64,000 nt of DNA from Clostridia bacterium (GCA_017625755.1 JAGAKG010000036.1:92952-156951), one strand, 5' to 3'. Counted from the stretch's first letter, positions 19,480-29,510 are shown. Translations and numbers: made by a program. The notes: generated by a model not told the origin, from the sequence alone.

Positions 19480-19702
19480 GGGGCTGTCGCATTTAGATGC
19501 AGAAGTCGTGGTTTGGCTCTCGTCGGCGTACAAAGGTACGCCAGAGAGCCAAAACGCGGCTAAAAAATACACATAAAAATCGAAATTCGTAAGAATTTCT
19601 ACCTAAAAACCGCTCCCACCATCGAATTTCTAACGGTGAGAGCGGTATCTTTACTTATTATTTATTCGTGTATTTTTGTTATGCGCTAAATGCGACAGCC
19701 CC
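19480..19702. repeat. 223-bp element bounded by perfect 17-bp inverted repeats with internal stem-loops (MITE-like or structured RNA-like)
   Basis: ggggctgtcgcatttag (19480-19496) and ctaaatgcgacagcccc (19686-19702) are the arms. Internal hairpins lie at 19510-19555 and 19609-19646, with a nested IR aaaaatacac/gtgtattttt. Confidence 0.7.
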
Positions 19703-19769
19703 ACTCACTTCAAAAACTTTAAAATTTGGATTGTTTGCCGGTTTATCGTGTAGATTAAATTTTTTTGCC

Positions 19770-19842
19770 CACCCCGTTTAAGTTTTTTGCGGTAGGGGAG
19801 CGCGAGGGGGAGGAGCTTTTTTCAAAAAGCTCCCCCCCTCGC
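19770..19842. repeat. GC-rich palindromic intergenic repeat (family B), copy 1
   Basis: ...gtttaagttttttgcggtaggggagcgcgagggggaggagcttttttcaaaaagctccccccctcgc. Its reverse complement matches 37732-37794. Confidence 0.65.
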
Positions 19843-19858
19843 ATAAAATCTATCACTA

Positions 19859-21118
19859 TTACTTACTATTTGCCAGCATAAGCTTGATACGGTTTTCCTG
19901 ATTGACGGCGGTAGCGCCCGCGTCGTAGTCGATAGCGACGATATTGATATTTGGATTTTTCTCCTTTATCGGCTTCATCATACCCTTACCGCAGATATGG
20001 TTAGGCAGGCAACCGAATGGCTGAGTGCAGACGATATTCGGCACGCCCTTGTCGGCAAGCTCGAGCATCTCTGCTGTAAGCAGCCAGCCCTCGCCCATTT
20101 TTGCGCCTATACCGAGATATCCGCTGATAAGCGACACGGTATGGTCAAACGGCGTGGGTGGGTCGAAATTTCCGTCCTCGTTGATGATGTCAATAAGGTC
20201 ACGCTGCTTTCCGAGCAGGAATTTGTAGGCGAGCTTCAATATAGGCTCTTTCGCTTTTCCTATTCCGTAAAGCTTGGTGTCCATAAGATAATTATACAGA
20301 CAATAGAGGCAGAAATCGAGCAGCCCTGGCACTACTACCTCGGCACCCTCGCTCACCAGAAATTCCTCAAGGTTGTTGTTTCCGAGAGGGGAGTATTTAA
20401 CGAATATCTCTCCAACGATACCGACCTTGGGGCATTTCTTTTCAACTCTCGGAATGTCCTTGAAATCCTTGATTATCAGGCGGTAATTTTCCTTGACTCG
20501 CTTATACGAGAGCTTTTTCTCGTGCTTCATTTCCTTAGAGAGCCTTTCTGTCCACGCAAGAGCGAGCTCCTCGCTCTCGCCCTTTCTTAGCTCGTATGTT
20601 CTGCATTGATTGCGCAGGGACATAAGCAGGTCGGCGTAAAATATCGCGTACATAAGCCTGTGGAGCATAGGGACAGAGAGCTTGAAGCCGGGGTGGTCCT
20701 CAATACCCGCGAGGCTGAATGAAATTACGGGAACATAAGCGTATCCCGCCTTTGCGAGCGCCTTGCGCAGAAGATTTATGTAGTTTGAGGCGCGGCAGCC
20801 GCCACCCGTCTGAAAGAGTATGAGGGCGACCTTGTGTGGGTCGTATTTACCGCTCTCAAGCGCGTCGATAAACTGACCTATAACGAGTATCGCTGGATAG
20901 CAGGTGTCGTTGTGGACATATTTCAATCCCGTATCCTTTATTTTCTGTCCCTGCGTCTGAAGCAGCTCGGCGTGAAGCCCGTAATTTTTCATTACTCTGC
21001 GTATCAGCTCAAAGTGCATAGGGAGCATATTGGGGATAAGGACTGTATAGTCCTTTTTCATTTCTTCTGTAAAAGAAATATAAGTTTTTTCCATATCGTC
21101 TCCCTCCTTACTGCTCAA
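19859..21118 (-). CDS. 2-hydroxyacyl-CoA dehydratase-like protein (partner of the activase-related protein)
   Basis: A 419-aa protein that overlaps the upstream activase gene by 11 nt. Motifs such as GGGCRASNY and CTQPFGCLPNH recur in this family. Confidence 0.65.
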   Translation of the reverse strand: MSSKEGDDMEKTYISFTEEMKKDYTVLIPNMLPMHFELIRRVMKNYGLHAELLQTQGQKIKDTGLKYVHNDTCYPAILVIGQFIDALESGKYDPHKVALILFQTGGGCRASNYINLLRKALAKAGYAYVPVISFSLAGIEDHPGFKLSVPMLHRLMYAIFYADLLMSLRNQCRTYELRKGESEELALAWTERLSKEMKHEKKLSYKRVKENYRLIIKDFKDIPRVEKKCPKVGIVGEIFVKYSPLGNNNLEEFLVSEGAEVVVPGLLDFCLYCLYNYLMDTKLYGIGKAKEPILKLAYKFLLGKQRDLIDIINEDGNFDPPTPFDHTVSLISGYLGIGAKMGEGWLLTAEMLELADKGVPNIVCTQPFGCLPNHICGKGMMKPIKEKNPNINIVAIDYDAGATAVNQENRIKLMLANSK

Positions 21119-24041
21119 GCGCGCCTATAAGACTGCGCAGGCGTATTTTGACCGCTCCGAGGTTGGTTATCTCGTCTATCTTTATCTGTGTGTAGAATTT
21201 TCCGCTGCTCTCGAGTATCGTTCTCACCTCGTCGGTCGTGATGGCGTCAACGCCGCAACCGAAGGATACGAGCTGAACGAGCTGAACATCGGCGTTCTCG
21301 GCAGCAAATCTTGCGGCGCGGTAGAGTCGCGCGTGATATGTCCACTGGTTGAGAACTGCAACGCGCGCGGGCTCCGCAAGGTGGTATACGCTGTCCTCGC
21401 TGACGACGACAAATCCGAGGGAGGCGGCAAGCTTGTCTATTCCGTGACCTATCTCGGGGTCGATATGATAAGGTCTGCCCGCAAGTATCATAATGCGCTT
21501 TCCTTGCGCTCTCGCATAGTCGATTGCGCTCTCGCCCTCTCGCTTGACGGCGCTCATATATTCGTCATACTTGGCGAACGCCTTCTTTACCGCGCGTGAT
21601 ATCTCGGAGCGTTTAAAGCTGCCGAGATTTTCGTTAAGGTAAGCCATAAGCTCACGGACAAGCTCTCGCTTGTTGTTTATGTTGAGATAAGGATAGAGAA
21701 ATTTCGTATTCGCGAGTGTGTCCATATTTCCGTTGAGAAGCTCGGAATAATAAGCCACAACGGGGCAGTTATAATGGTTGTCGGAATACTTTTCGTCTAT
21801 GTTGTATGTAAGGCAGGGGTAGAATATCGCGTCAACACCCTTTTCGGCAAGCTCCTCGATATGTCCGTGCATTATCTTTGCGGGATAGCAGGCGGTGTCG
21901 GATGGGATTGAGAACTGTCCCTTTTCGTATGTGCGCTTGGTTGAGAGGTCGGAGACGACCACCTTAAAGCCAAGCTCGCTGAAAAGTGTGTGCCAGAGGG
22001 GAAGCAGCTCGTACATTCCGAGCGCAAGGGGGATACCGATAGTGCCTCTTGCTCCGTCGCGGCTCTCAAGAGAGGAGAAATAATCCCTCTTGAAGGCGTG
22101 AAGATTTGGGAGCGGCTCGGAGGCGTTGGTGATTCCAAGTCCCTTTTCGCATTGGTTGCCCGAGATAAATTTCTCACCGCCCGAGAATATATTTACCGTG
22201 AGGTGGCAGTTGTTCGTACAGCCTCGGCAGACAGTCGATTTCGATGTGTGCGAGAAATCCTTCAGCGCGTCGGGCGTGATTATACTGCTTTGTTCAAGCT
22301 TCATCGAGCAGAGAGCCGCGCCGTAAGCGCCCATAAGTCCTGCAATCGCGGGACGGATAACATTCCGGGATAGCTCAAGCTCAAAGGCGCGCAGAACCGC
22401 GTCGTTATAGAAGGTACCGCCCTGAACGACGATATGCTCGCCAAGCTCAGACGCGCTTGCGGCGCGGATCACCTTGTATATGGCGTTCTTGACAACGCTC
22501 ACAGAAAGTCCCGCAGAGATATCCTCGACCGTCGCTCCGTCGCGCTGAGACTGCTTGACAGATGAGTTCATAAAGACGGTACATCTGCTTCCGAGATTTA
22601 CGGGAGCTTTGCTGAAAAGTCCGCGCTTAGCAAACTCGTCTATGCTGTATCCCATCGACTTTGCAAAGGTTTCGATAAAGGAGCCGCAGCCCGACGAGCA
22701 AGCCTCGTTAAGCATAATACTGTCGATAGCGCCGTTCTTTATCTTAAAGCATTTTATGTCCTGACCGCCTATATCGAGAATGAAATCGACATCGGGCATA
22801 AAATATTTTGCGGCGGTATAGTGGGCGATAGTCTCAACTATGCCCAAATCAACGCCAAAGGCGTGCTTGATAAGCTCCTCGCCATATCCCGTGACGGCGC
22901 TTCCGCATATCTTTATTCTGTCGCCCGTGAGCGAATATATCTTCTCAAGCTGAGCTTTGACTATTTCGACGGGATTTCCGCGGTTTGAGTCGTAGAATGA
23001 ATAGAGTATCTTCTTGTCCTCGGAGAGGAGAACGATTTTGGTAGTCGTGCTTCCGCAGTCGATACCGAGATAGGCATTGCCCGAGTATGCGGATATATTC
23101 TGCTCCTTGACAGACGCGCGCTTGTGGCGTTCGCTGAATTCACGGTATTCCTCCTCACTGTCAAATAGAGCAGGGAGTCTGCCCGATACAGTTCCCACAT
23201 TTATGTTTTTATTTACAGAATCTATAAGGTTTCCGATAGTCGTTGTATGTCCGACTCGCGCCGCGTATATAGCCGCGCCGAGGGCTACGGCAAAGCGAGC
23301 GTATTCGGGGCAGGGAGAGTCCTCCTCGGAAAATCCGAGGGTTTCTCTGAAGCGGTCGCGCAAGCCCTGACAGTAATAGAGTGGACCGCCGAGGAAAAGC
23401 ACCTTGGGCTTTATTTTTCTGCCCTGAGCGAGTCCCGCTATCGTCTGATTTACCACCGCCTGGTAGATACTCGCCGCCACATCCTCCTTGCGCGCTCCCT
23501 GATTGAGAAGCGGCTGAATGTCGGTCTTGGCGAAAACTCCGCAACGCGACGCGATAGGATATGTTTTCGAGTGCTTCAGGCTAAGCTCGTCCATCTCGTC
23601 TGCCGTGACATCGAGCAGGGTAGCCATCTGGTCGATAAAGGCTCCCGTACCTCCCGCGCAGGTTCCGTTCATTCGCTCGTCTGTTCCGCCGTCGAAGAAG
23701 ATTATTTTTGCGTCCTCTCCGCCAAGCTCAATGACTGCCGAGGTGTCGGGACAAAGCTCCTTGACAAGCTCACCCGTCGCAAAAACCTCCTGAACGAAGG
23801 GGATGCCCGCCGCTTCGGCAAGACCGAGTCCCGCGGAGCCCGAGAGCGCCACGGTAAATTCGTTATCCGTTATGTAGGGCTCTATCTGCCCGAGAAGCTC
23901 GAGTGTTTTCTGCCTTACCTGAGACATATGACGCTCGTACTTCTCAAAGACTACCGTACCGTTCTTGGTCAGAACGACCTTTGCGGTGGTAGAGCCTATG
24001 TCTATGCCGAGAGAATATGGAGTCTTTTTTGTTTCGGTCAT
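21108..24041 (-). CDS. Double BadF/BadG/BcrA/BcrD-type ATPase (CoA-substrate-specific enzyme activase) fused to a C-terminal uncharacterised domain
   Basis: Two acetate/sugar-kinase-fold ATPase repeats (LGIDIGSTTAKVV and LGIDCGSTTTKIV), each with a GGQD/GGED segment. A Cys cluster CRGCTNNCHLT follows, and then about 350 aa more. Confidence 0.8.
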   Translation of the reverse strand: MTETKKTPYSLGIDIGSTTAKVVLTKNGTVVFEKYERHMSQVRQKTLELLGQIEPYITDNEFTVALSGSAGLGLAEAAGIPFVQEVFATGELVKELCPDTSAVIELGGEDAKIIFFDGGTDERMNGTCAGGTGAFIDQMATLLDVTADEMDELSLKHSKTYPIASRCGVFAKTDIQPLLNQGARKEDVAASIYQAVVNQTIAGLAQGRKIKPKVLFLGGPLYYCQGLRDRFRETLGFSEEDSPCPEYARFAVALGAAIYAARVGHTTTIGNLIDSVNKNINVGTVSGRLPALFDSEEEYREFSERHKRASVKEQNISAYSGNAYLGIDCGSTTTKIVLLSEDKKILYSFYDSNRGNPVEIVKAQLEKIYSLTGDRIKICGSAVTGYGEELIKHAFGVDLGIVETIAHYTAAKYFMPDVDFILDIGGQDIKCFKIKNGAIDSIMLNEACSSGCGSFIETFAKSMGYSIDEFAKRGLFSKAPVNLGSRCTVFMNSSVKQSQRDGATVEDISAGLSVSVVKNAIYKVIRAASASELGEHIVVQGGTFYNDAVLRAFELELSRNVIRPAIAGLMGAYGAALCSMKLEQSSIITPDALKDFSHTSKSTVCRGCTNNCHLTVNIFSGGEKFISGNQCEKGLGITNASEPLPNLHAFKRDYFSSLESRDGARGTIGIPLALGMYELLPLWHTLFSELGFKVVVSDLSTKRTYEKGQFSIPSDTACYPAKIMHGHIEELAEKGVDAIFYPCLTYNIDEKYSDNHYNCPVVAYYSELLNGNMDTLANTKFLYPYLNINNKRELVRELMAYLNENLGSFKRSEISRAVKKAFAKYDEYMSAVKREGESAIDYARAQGKRIMILAGRPYHIDPEIGHGIDKLAASLGFVVVSEDSVYHLAEPARVAVLNQWTYHARLYRAARFAAENADVQLVQLVSFGCGVDAITTDEVRTILESSGKFYTQIKIDEITNLGAVKIRLRSLIGALEQ

Positions 24042-24236
24042 ATTTTACCTCGCGTTAATTGGATTTTTGTGTGAAAAAGATATACATTTGTGGTATACGA
24101 ACGGTTACGATTTTTTAGCCTTCCCCTTGATGGGAATCCTGATTTTGTTGATTTTGCAAAAGCGCATAGGAATGATTTCGTTCGCTTTTTGACTTCACGG
24201 AGAAGGAAAGACGAAAAAGAGAAAATTGCAAAATTT

Positions 24237-26156
24237 TTATTCAAGCTCAAAGGCTCCCGTGTAGAGCTGATAATATTTGCCCTTTTCGGCAATCAGCTTC
24301 TCGTGATTTCCACGCTCGATTATAACTCCGCCCTCAAGAACCATTATAACATCGGAATTTCTGACGGTCGAGAGTCTGTGGGCGATAACGAATACCGTTC
24401 TGCCCTTCATAAGCGCGTCCATTCCTGCCTGAACTATCGCCTCGGTTCGGGTATCTATTGACGAGGTAGCCTCGTCGAGTATCATTACGGGCGGGTCTGC
24501 GACCGCGGCTCTCGCTATGGATATGAGCTGTCGCTGTCCCTGCGAGAGATTTGCCCCGTTTGAGGTGAGCATAGTGTTATATCCCTCGGGGAGTCTCGTG
24601 ATAAAGCCGTGCGCGTTTGCGAGCTTTGCCGCGTTTATGCACTCCTCGTCGGTGGCGTCAAGCTTACCGTAACGGATGTTATCCATAACGGTACCCGTGA
24701 ACAGATTTGTGTCCTGAAGCACTATGCCGAGAGAGCGGCGAAGGTCTGCCTTCTTTATTTTGTTTATATTGATACCATCGTAGCGTATCTTGCCGTCGTC
24801 GATATCGTAAAATCTGTTGATAAGATTTGTTATCGTTGTCTTACCCGCGCCCGTCGCTCCCACAAAAGCGACCTTCTGCCCGGGCTCGGCAAAGAGGGTT
24901 ATATCACGCAGAACGAGCTTTTCGGGGGTATATCCGAAGTCCATGTGGTCTATGGTCACGCGTCCCTCGAGTTTTGTGTAGGTAACGGTACCGTCGGCGT
25001 TGTGGGGATGCTTCCAAGCCCAAATTCCCGTGTGTTCGTCACATTCCACTATCTTTCCGTCGACCTCTTTCGCGTTTACGAGGGTGACATACCCCTCGTC
25101 TGTCTCGGGCTTCTGGTCCATAAGCTCGAAGACACGCGACGCTCCCGCCATAGCCATAACTATCGAGTTGAGCTGTTGAGATACCTGGCTTACATTCATA
25201 GTGAACTGTCTTGCCATATTTATGAAGGGAACGACAACGGCGAGTCCGAACGCCTGACCCGAAAGAGAGAGGTTCGGCAGACCGCCAAAGAGGATAAGCG
25301 CGCCGCCCGTTATAGTTACAAGCACATAAAGGAGATTTCCGATATTGCCCATAATAGGCATGAGGATATTCGCAAATCTGTTTGCCGAGGTAGCGTCAGC
25401 GCAGAGCTGTTCGTTGACCGCGTCAAAATCGGCTCCGCTCTGCTTTTCGTGGCAGAAAACCTTGACTACCTTCTGTCCGCTCATCATCTCCTCTATGAAG
25501 CCCTCTGTCTTACCGATAGATTTCTGCTGCTTTATGAAGAATTTTGCGCTGTTTCCGCCTATCTTTTTCGTAACGAATATCATTACGATGACTCCGACGA
25601 GCATCACGAGCGAGAGCCATACGCTCAGATAGAGCATATAGAAAACGAGCATTGTGAGTATGAGCGCCGAATTGAAAAGCTGAGGAATACAGCGGGAGAC
25701 AAGCTCACGCAGGGTGTCGATATCATTGGTATAATGCGACATTATATCGCCGTGGTGCGTCGTGTCGAAATACTTTATCGGAAGCGACTCCATTCCCTCG
25801 AACATTTTTTGTCTGGTCTTGTTGAGGAAGCTCTGCGTCACTATCGCCATAAGGCGTGTGTAAACGAACGAGCCGATAATTCCCACGATGTATATTGCGC
25901 ACATAACGCCGATAGCCGTGAATATTTTGACCTTTACGGCGTCCCAACCAAGCTCAAGTCCCTCGTTTATGAAATTTATGAGGATATTCATAAACAGACT
26001 GGATATCGTTGAGCCTATCGAGGTCAGGATTATACATATCATAACCACTATAAGCTGAGGCTTGTAGTCGCGGACAAGGAGCTTTATGAGGCGTCCGAGC
26101 ACGCCCTTTTTCATAGGCGGTCTGCCGCCCTTTTTCTGCTTACTCACCGTCCTCAC
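24237..26156 (-). CDS. ABC transporter ATP-binding/permease protein (second half of a heterodimeric exporter)
   Basis: TMD followed by Walker A GATGAGKTTI, LSQGQRQLISIARA and ILDEATSSID. The start is uncertain (GTG at 26156 or ATG at 26114). Confidence 0.9.
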   Translation of the reverse strand: MRTVSKQKKGGRPPMKKGVLGRLIKLLVRDYKPQLIVVMICIILTSIGSTISSLFMNILINFINEGLELGWDAVKVKIFTAIGVMCAIYIVGIIGSFVYTRLMAIVTQSFLNKTRQKMFEGMESLPIKYFDTTHHGDIMSHYTNDIDTLRELVSRCIPQLFNSALILTMLVFYMLYLSVWLSLVMLVGVIVMIFVTKKIGGNSAKFFIKQQKSIGKTEGFIEEMMSGQKVVKVFCHEKQSGADFDAVNEQLCADATSANRFANILMPIMGNIGNLLYVLVTITGGALILFGGLPNLSLSGQAFGLAVVVPFINMARQFTMNVSQVSQQLNSIVMAMAGASRVFELMDQKPETDEGYVTLVNAKEVDGKIVECDEHTGIWAWKHPHNADGTVTYTKLEGRVTIDHMDFGYTPEKLVLRDITLFAEPGQKVAFVGATGAGKTTITNLINRFYDIDDGKIRYDGININKIKKADLRRSLGIVLQDTNLFTGTVMDNIRYGKLDATDEECINAAKLANAHGFITRLPEGYNTMLTSNGANLSQGQRQLISIARAAVADPPVMILDEATSSIDTRTEAIVQAGMDALMKGRTVFVIAHRLSTVRNSDVIMVLEGGVIIERGNHEKLIAEKGKYYQLYTGAFELE

Positions 26157-27894
26157 CTCCCTTGACCTGAGACTCGTATACCTCGCGGTATATAGGACTT
26201 GTTTGCATAAGCTCGTCGTGAGTGCCTATCGACTCTATCTCTCCACCCGACATAACTATTATCTTGTCGGCGTGCTGAACAGAGGATATGCGCTGAGCTA
26301 TGATGATTTTTGTTGTATTGGGAATCTCCTCGGCAAAGGCGCGTCTGATAAGCGCGTCGGTCTTTGTGTCGACGGCGCTCGTCGAGTCATCAAGTATGAG
26401 TATAGCGGGCTTCTTCAGGAGCGCGCGGGCAATACAAAGCCTCTGCTTTTGTCCGCCCGAGACATTGGCTCCGCCTTGCTCGATAAAGGTATCGTATTTG
26501 TCGGGGAAGCGCTCTATAAACTCGTCTGCCTGAGCGAGCTTACAGATACGCACCATCTCCTCGTCGGTCGCGTTTGGGTTGCCCCAACGGAGATTGTCCT
26601 TGATAGTACCCGAAAAGAGAAGATTTTTCTGAAGGACGACAGCGACGCCGTCTCTGAGTGTCTTGATGTCGTAATCCCGCGCGTCGACTCCGCCTATCCT
26701 TACCGAGCCCTCGCTCACATCGTAAAGGCGGGGAATGAGCTGGATAAGCGAGGTCTTGCCGCTTCCCGTGCCGCCGATTATTCCGACGGTCTCGCCCGCG
26801 CCTATCGAAAGATTTATATTAGAGAGTGCGTATTTTTCCGCTTTTTCGGAGTACTTGAAGCTGACATTCTCAAAAACTATGCTTCCGTCGGCTACCGACA
26901 TAACGGGATTTTCGGGATTTGTGATAGCGCTCTTTTCGGAAAGCACTTCGCATATACGCTTGGCAGAAGCTACCGACATAGCTATCATAACGATTATCAT
27001 AGAGAGCATCATAAGGCTCATAAGTATCTGAACGCCGTAGGTTATAAGAGAGGAGAGGTTACCTATCTGAAGCGCCGTGCCGCCCGATTTTATTATAAGG
27101 CGTGAGCCGAGGAAGCATACCGCCACCATAAGACCATTCATACAGAGCTGCATAAGGGGATTGTTGAGCGCGAGTATCTTTTCTGCTTTTGTGAAGTCTG
27201 CGCAGACCTCATCGGAGGCGTGTTTGAATTTTTTTGTCTCATAGGTCTCCCGTACGAAAGCCTTGACCACTCTCATTCCGCTCACATTCTCTTGAATAGA
27301 ATTGTTTAGCGCGTCATATTTCTTGAATACCGAGTGGAATATGCCCCACGAGTTTTTGACTATAAATATAAGACCGATGGCAAGCACGGGGATTATCACA
27401 GCAAAGGCGACCGATACAGAGGGGCTGACGATAATAGCCATAGTGAGGGCAAATATCAGCATCAGGGGTGAGCGCACCGCCGTGCGGATTATCATCATAT
27501 AAGCCATCTGCACATTGCTGACATCGGTGGTCATACGGGTGACAAGGCTTGAGGTTGAGAATTTGTCGATATTTGTGAAAGAAAAATCCTGAACCGCATA
27601 ATAAAGGTCGTGTCTGAGATTTTTCGCAAAGCCGCAGGACGCGATAGCGCAGAAATGAGCCGAGAGCGCGCCGAAGATAAGCGAGAGCAGGGCAAGTCCG
27701 ACGAGCAGAAGCCCGTATTTGAGAAGCACCGACATATCAAGCGGTACTTTTTCGTACTCATCTATAAGATTTACCAGCTTTGCCGTGACAAATGGAATAA
27801 TACATTCCACCACTACCTCAGCGGCGACAAAAAGCGGCGCGAGAATAGAGCTTTTCTTATATTCGCGGACGCTTCCGAGAAGTTTTTTTAGCAT
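26140..27894 (-). CDS. ABC transporter ATP-binding/permease protein (first half of a heterodimeric exporter)
   Basis: TMD followed by Walker A GGTGSGKTSL, VSGGQKQRLCIARA and ILILDDSTSAVD. Confidence 0.9.
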   Translation of the reverse strand: MLKKLLGSVREYKKSSILAPLFVAAEVVVECIIPFVTAKLVNLIDEYEKVPLDMSVLLKYGLLLVGLALLSLIFGALSAHFCAIASCGFAKNLRHDLYYAVQDFSFTNIDKFSTSSLVTRMTTDVSNVQMAYMMIIRTAVRSPLMLIFALTMAIIVSPSVSVAFAVIIPVLAIGLIFIVKNSWGIFHSVFKKYDALNNSIQENVSGMRVVKAFVRETYETKKFKHASDEVCADFTKAEKILALNNPLMQLCMNGLMVAVCFLGSRLIIKSGGTALQIGNLSSLITYGVQILMSLMMLSMIIVMIAMSVASAKRICEVLSEKSAITNPENPVMSVADGSIVFENVSFKYSEKAEKYALSNINLSIGAGETVGIIGGTGSGKTSLIQLIPRLYDVSEGSVRIGGVDARDYDIKTLRDGVAVVLQKNLLFSGTIKDNLRWGNPNATDEEMVRICKLAQADEFIERFPDKYDTFIEQGGANVSGGQKQRLCIARALLKKPAILILDDSTSAVDTKTDALIRRAFAEEIPNTTKIIIAQRISSVQHADKIIVMSGGEIESIGTHDELMQTSPIYREVYESQVKGGEDGE

Positions 27895-28001
27895 AAAATG
27901 GGTTTCCTCCGTGTATAACTGTATTTTTCAGTATACAGTAAAAAAATTAATTACGATAGATAGCTTTTGTAAATTATGTTTGAATAAACGGGACTCGCCG
28001 A

Positions 28002-29441
28002 TTACGGCTTTTTGGCAGAGGCTCTGCCTGTTATCGTTTCTATCTTTATGATGTCGGTGTTGCCCGAGTGACCGTTGGTAAGTCCACCCGTTATAACGAT
28101 TCTGTCACCGTCAGAGAGGTTCATACACTCCTTGGCAACATTTTTCGCGTTATAGAAAAGAACATCGGGAGAGCTGAAGGTCTCGGTCATCACGGGAACG
28201 ACACCCCAGGAGAGAGCGAGCTTTCTCCAAGTGTTCTCATCGGTAGTCATTCCAATAATGTCGACGGGAGAGCGGAAGCGCGAGACCATACGAGCGGTCA
28301 TACCCGAGAGAGTGCAGGCAACGATAGCCCTCGCGTTTATGTCGACAGCCATTCCACAGGTCGCGTGAGATATAGCGTCGACGGTGTTTTTGATTATAAA
28401 TTCGGAATCTCTGAATATCTTTGAATAGTCGATATTTTTCTCTGTCTGCTCGGCGATACGCGACATAGTGCTGACTGTCAGAACGGGATATTTTCCCGCA
28501 GCGGTCTCACCTGAGAGCATAATAGCGCTCGTTCCGTCGTATACCGCGTTTGCGACATCTGATATTTCGGCTCTTGTGGGGCGGGGATTGTGTATCATAG
28601 ATTCAAGCATTTCGGTAGCGGTTATAACTCTCTTACCGAGCAGACGGCAGGTGGTGATAAGGTGCTTCTGTATAGCGGGAAGCTCCTCAAAGGGAATCTC
28701 AACGCCCATATCTCCTCTGCCTATCATAATGCCGTCACATTCCTTGCAGATATCTCTTATATTGTCGACACCCGAGCGGTTTTCTATCTTAGCGATGATA
28801 TCTATTCCTTCTCCGTGGTTTTCGCGGATAAAGTTGTTTACATCTATGAGGTCCTGTCTTGTTGAAACAAAGGAGCAGGCGATGAAATCGACTCCGTTTT
28901 CAATACCGAAAAGAATATCGCTCTTGTCGTATTCACTCAGATATACCTGTTTTAGCACCTTGTTCGGGAAGCTCATGCTCTTTCTGTTTGAAAGCTCTCC
29001 GCCCACATCTACACGGCAATGAATATCAGTGTCGGTTACATCCTCGACGGTGAACACGACGAGTCCGTTGTTGAGCAGGATTCTGTCACCGGGAGCCATG
29101 TCCGAGGGAAGCCCCTTGTAGTTGACCGAGACTCTCGTTTGGTCTCCCTCAATATCCTCTGTTGTAAAGGTGAATTTGTCGTTTTCGTTAAGATATATCT
29201 TTCCCTCTGCAAAGGTCTTGATTCTGAACTCGGGGCCCTTGGTATCGAGGAGAATGGCGATGGGGAGCATAAGCTCCTTTCTGACCTTTTTGATAAGATT
29301 TATAGTTTTGAGATGCTCCTCGTGCGTACCGTGCGAAAAATTAAGTCGCGCGACATTCATTCCCGCAAGACACATTCTTTTGAGCGTTTCCTCGTTATTG
29401 CAGGCGGGGCCGATGGTGCATACTATTTTTGTTTTTCTCAT
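28002..29441 (-). CDS. pyk: Pyruvate kinase
   Basis: MRKTKIVCTIGPACNNEETLKRMCLAGMNVARLNFSHGTHEEH..., MIGRGDMGVEIP and TEMLESM. Confidence 0.95.
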   Translation of the reverse strand: MRKTKIVCTIGPACNNEETLKRMCLAGMNVARLNFSHGTHEEHLKTINLIKKVRKELMLPIAILLDTKGPEFRIKTFAEGKIYLNENDKFTFTTEDIEGDQTRVSVNYKGLPSDMAPGDRILLNNGLVVFTVEDVTDTDIHCRVDVGGELSNRKSMSFPNKVLKQVYLSEYDKSDILFGIENGVDFIACSFVSTRQDLIDVNNFIRENHGEGIDIIAKIENRSGVDNIRDICKECDGIMIGRGDMGVEIPFEELPAIQKHLITTCRLLGKRVITATEMLESMIHNPRPTRAEISDVANAVYDGTSAIMLSGETAAGKYPVLTVSTMSRIAEQTEKNIDYSKIFRDSEFIIKNTVDAISHATCGMAVDINARAIVACTLSGMTARMVSRFRSPVDIIGMTTDENTWRKLALSWGVVPVMTETFSSPDVLFYNAKNVAKECMNLSDGDRIVITGGLTNGHSGNTDIIKIETITGRASAKKP

Positions 29442-29481
29442 AATTGCTTACCTCGTTTGGCTAAAAATAACATACCTATTA

Positions 29482-29510
29482 ATTATATCATCTGATAAAA
29501 TGATTGTCAA
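29482..29510 (-). promoter_or_regulatory. Sigma-A type promoter for pyk
   Basis: On the minus strand: TTGACA (29510-29505), a 17-nt spacer, then TATAAT (29487-29482). Confidence 0.6.
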
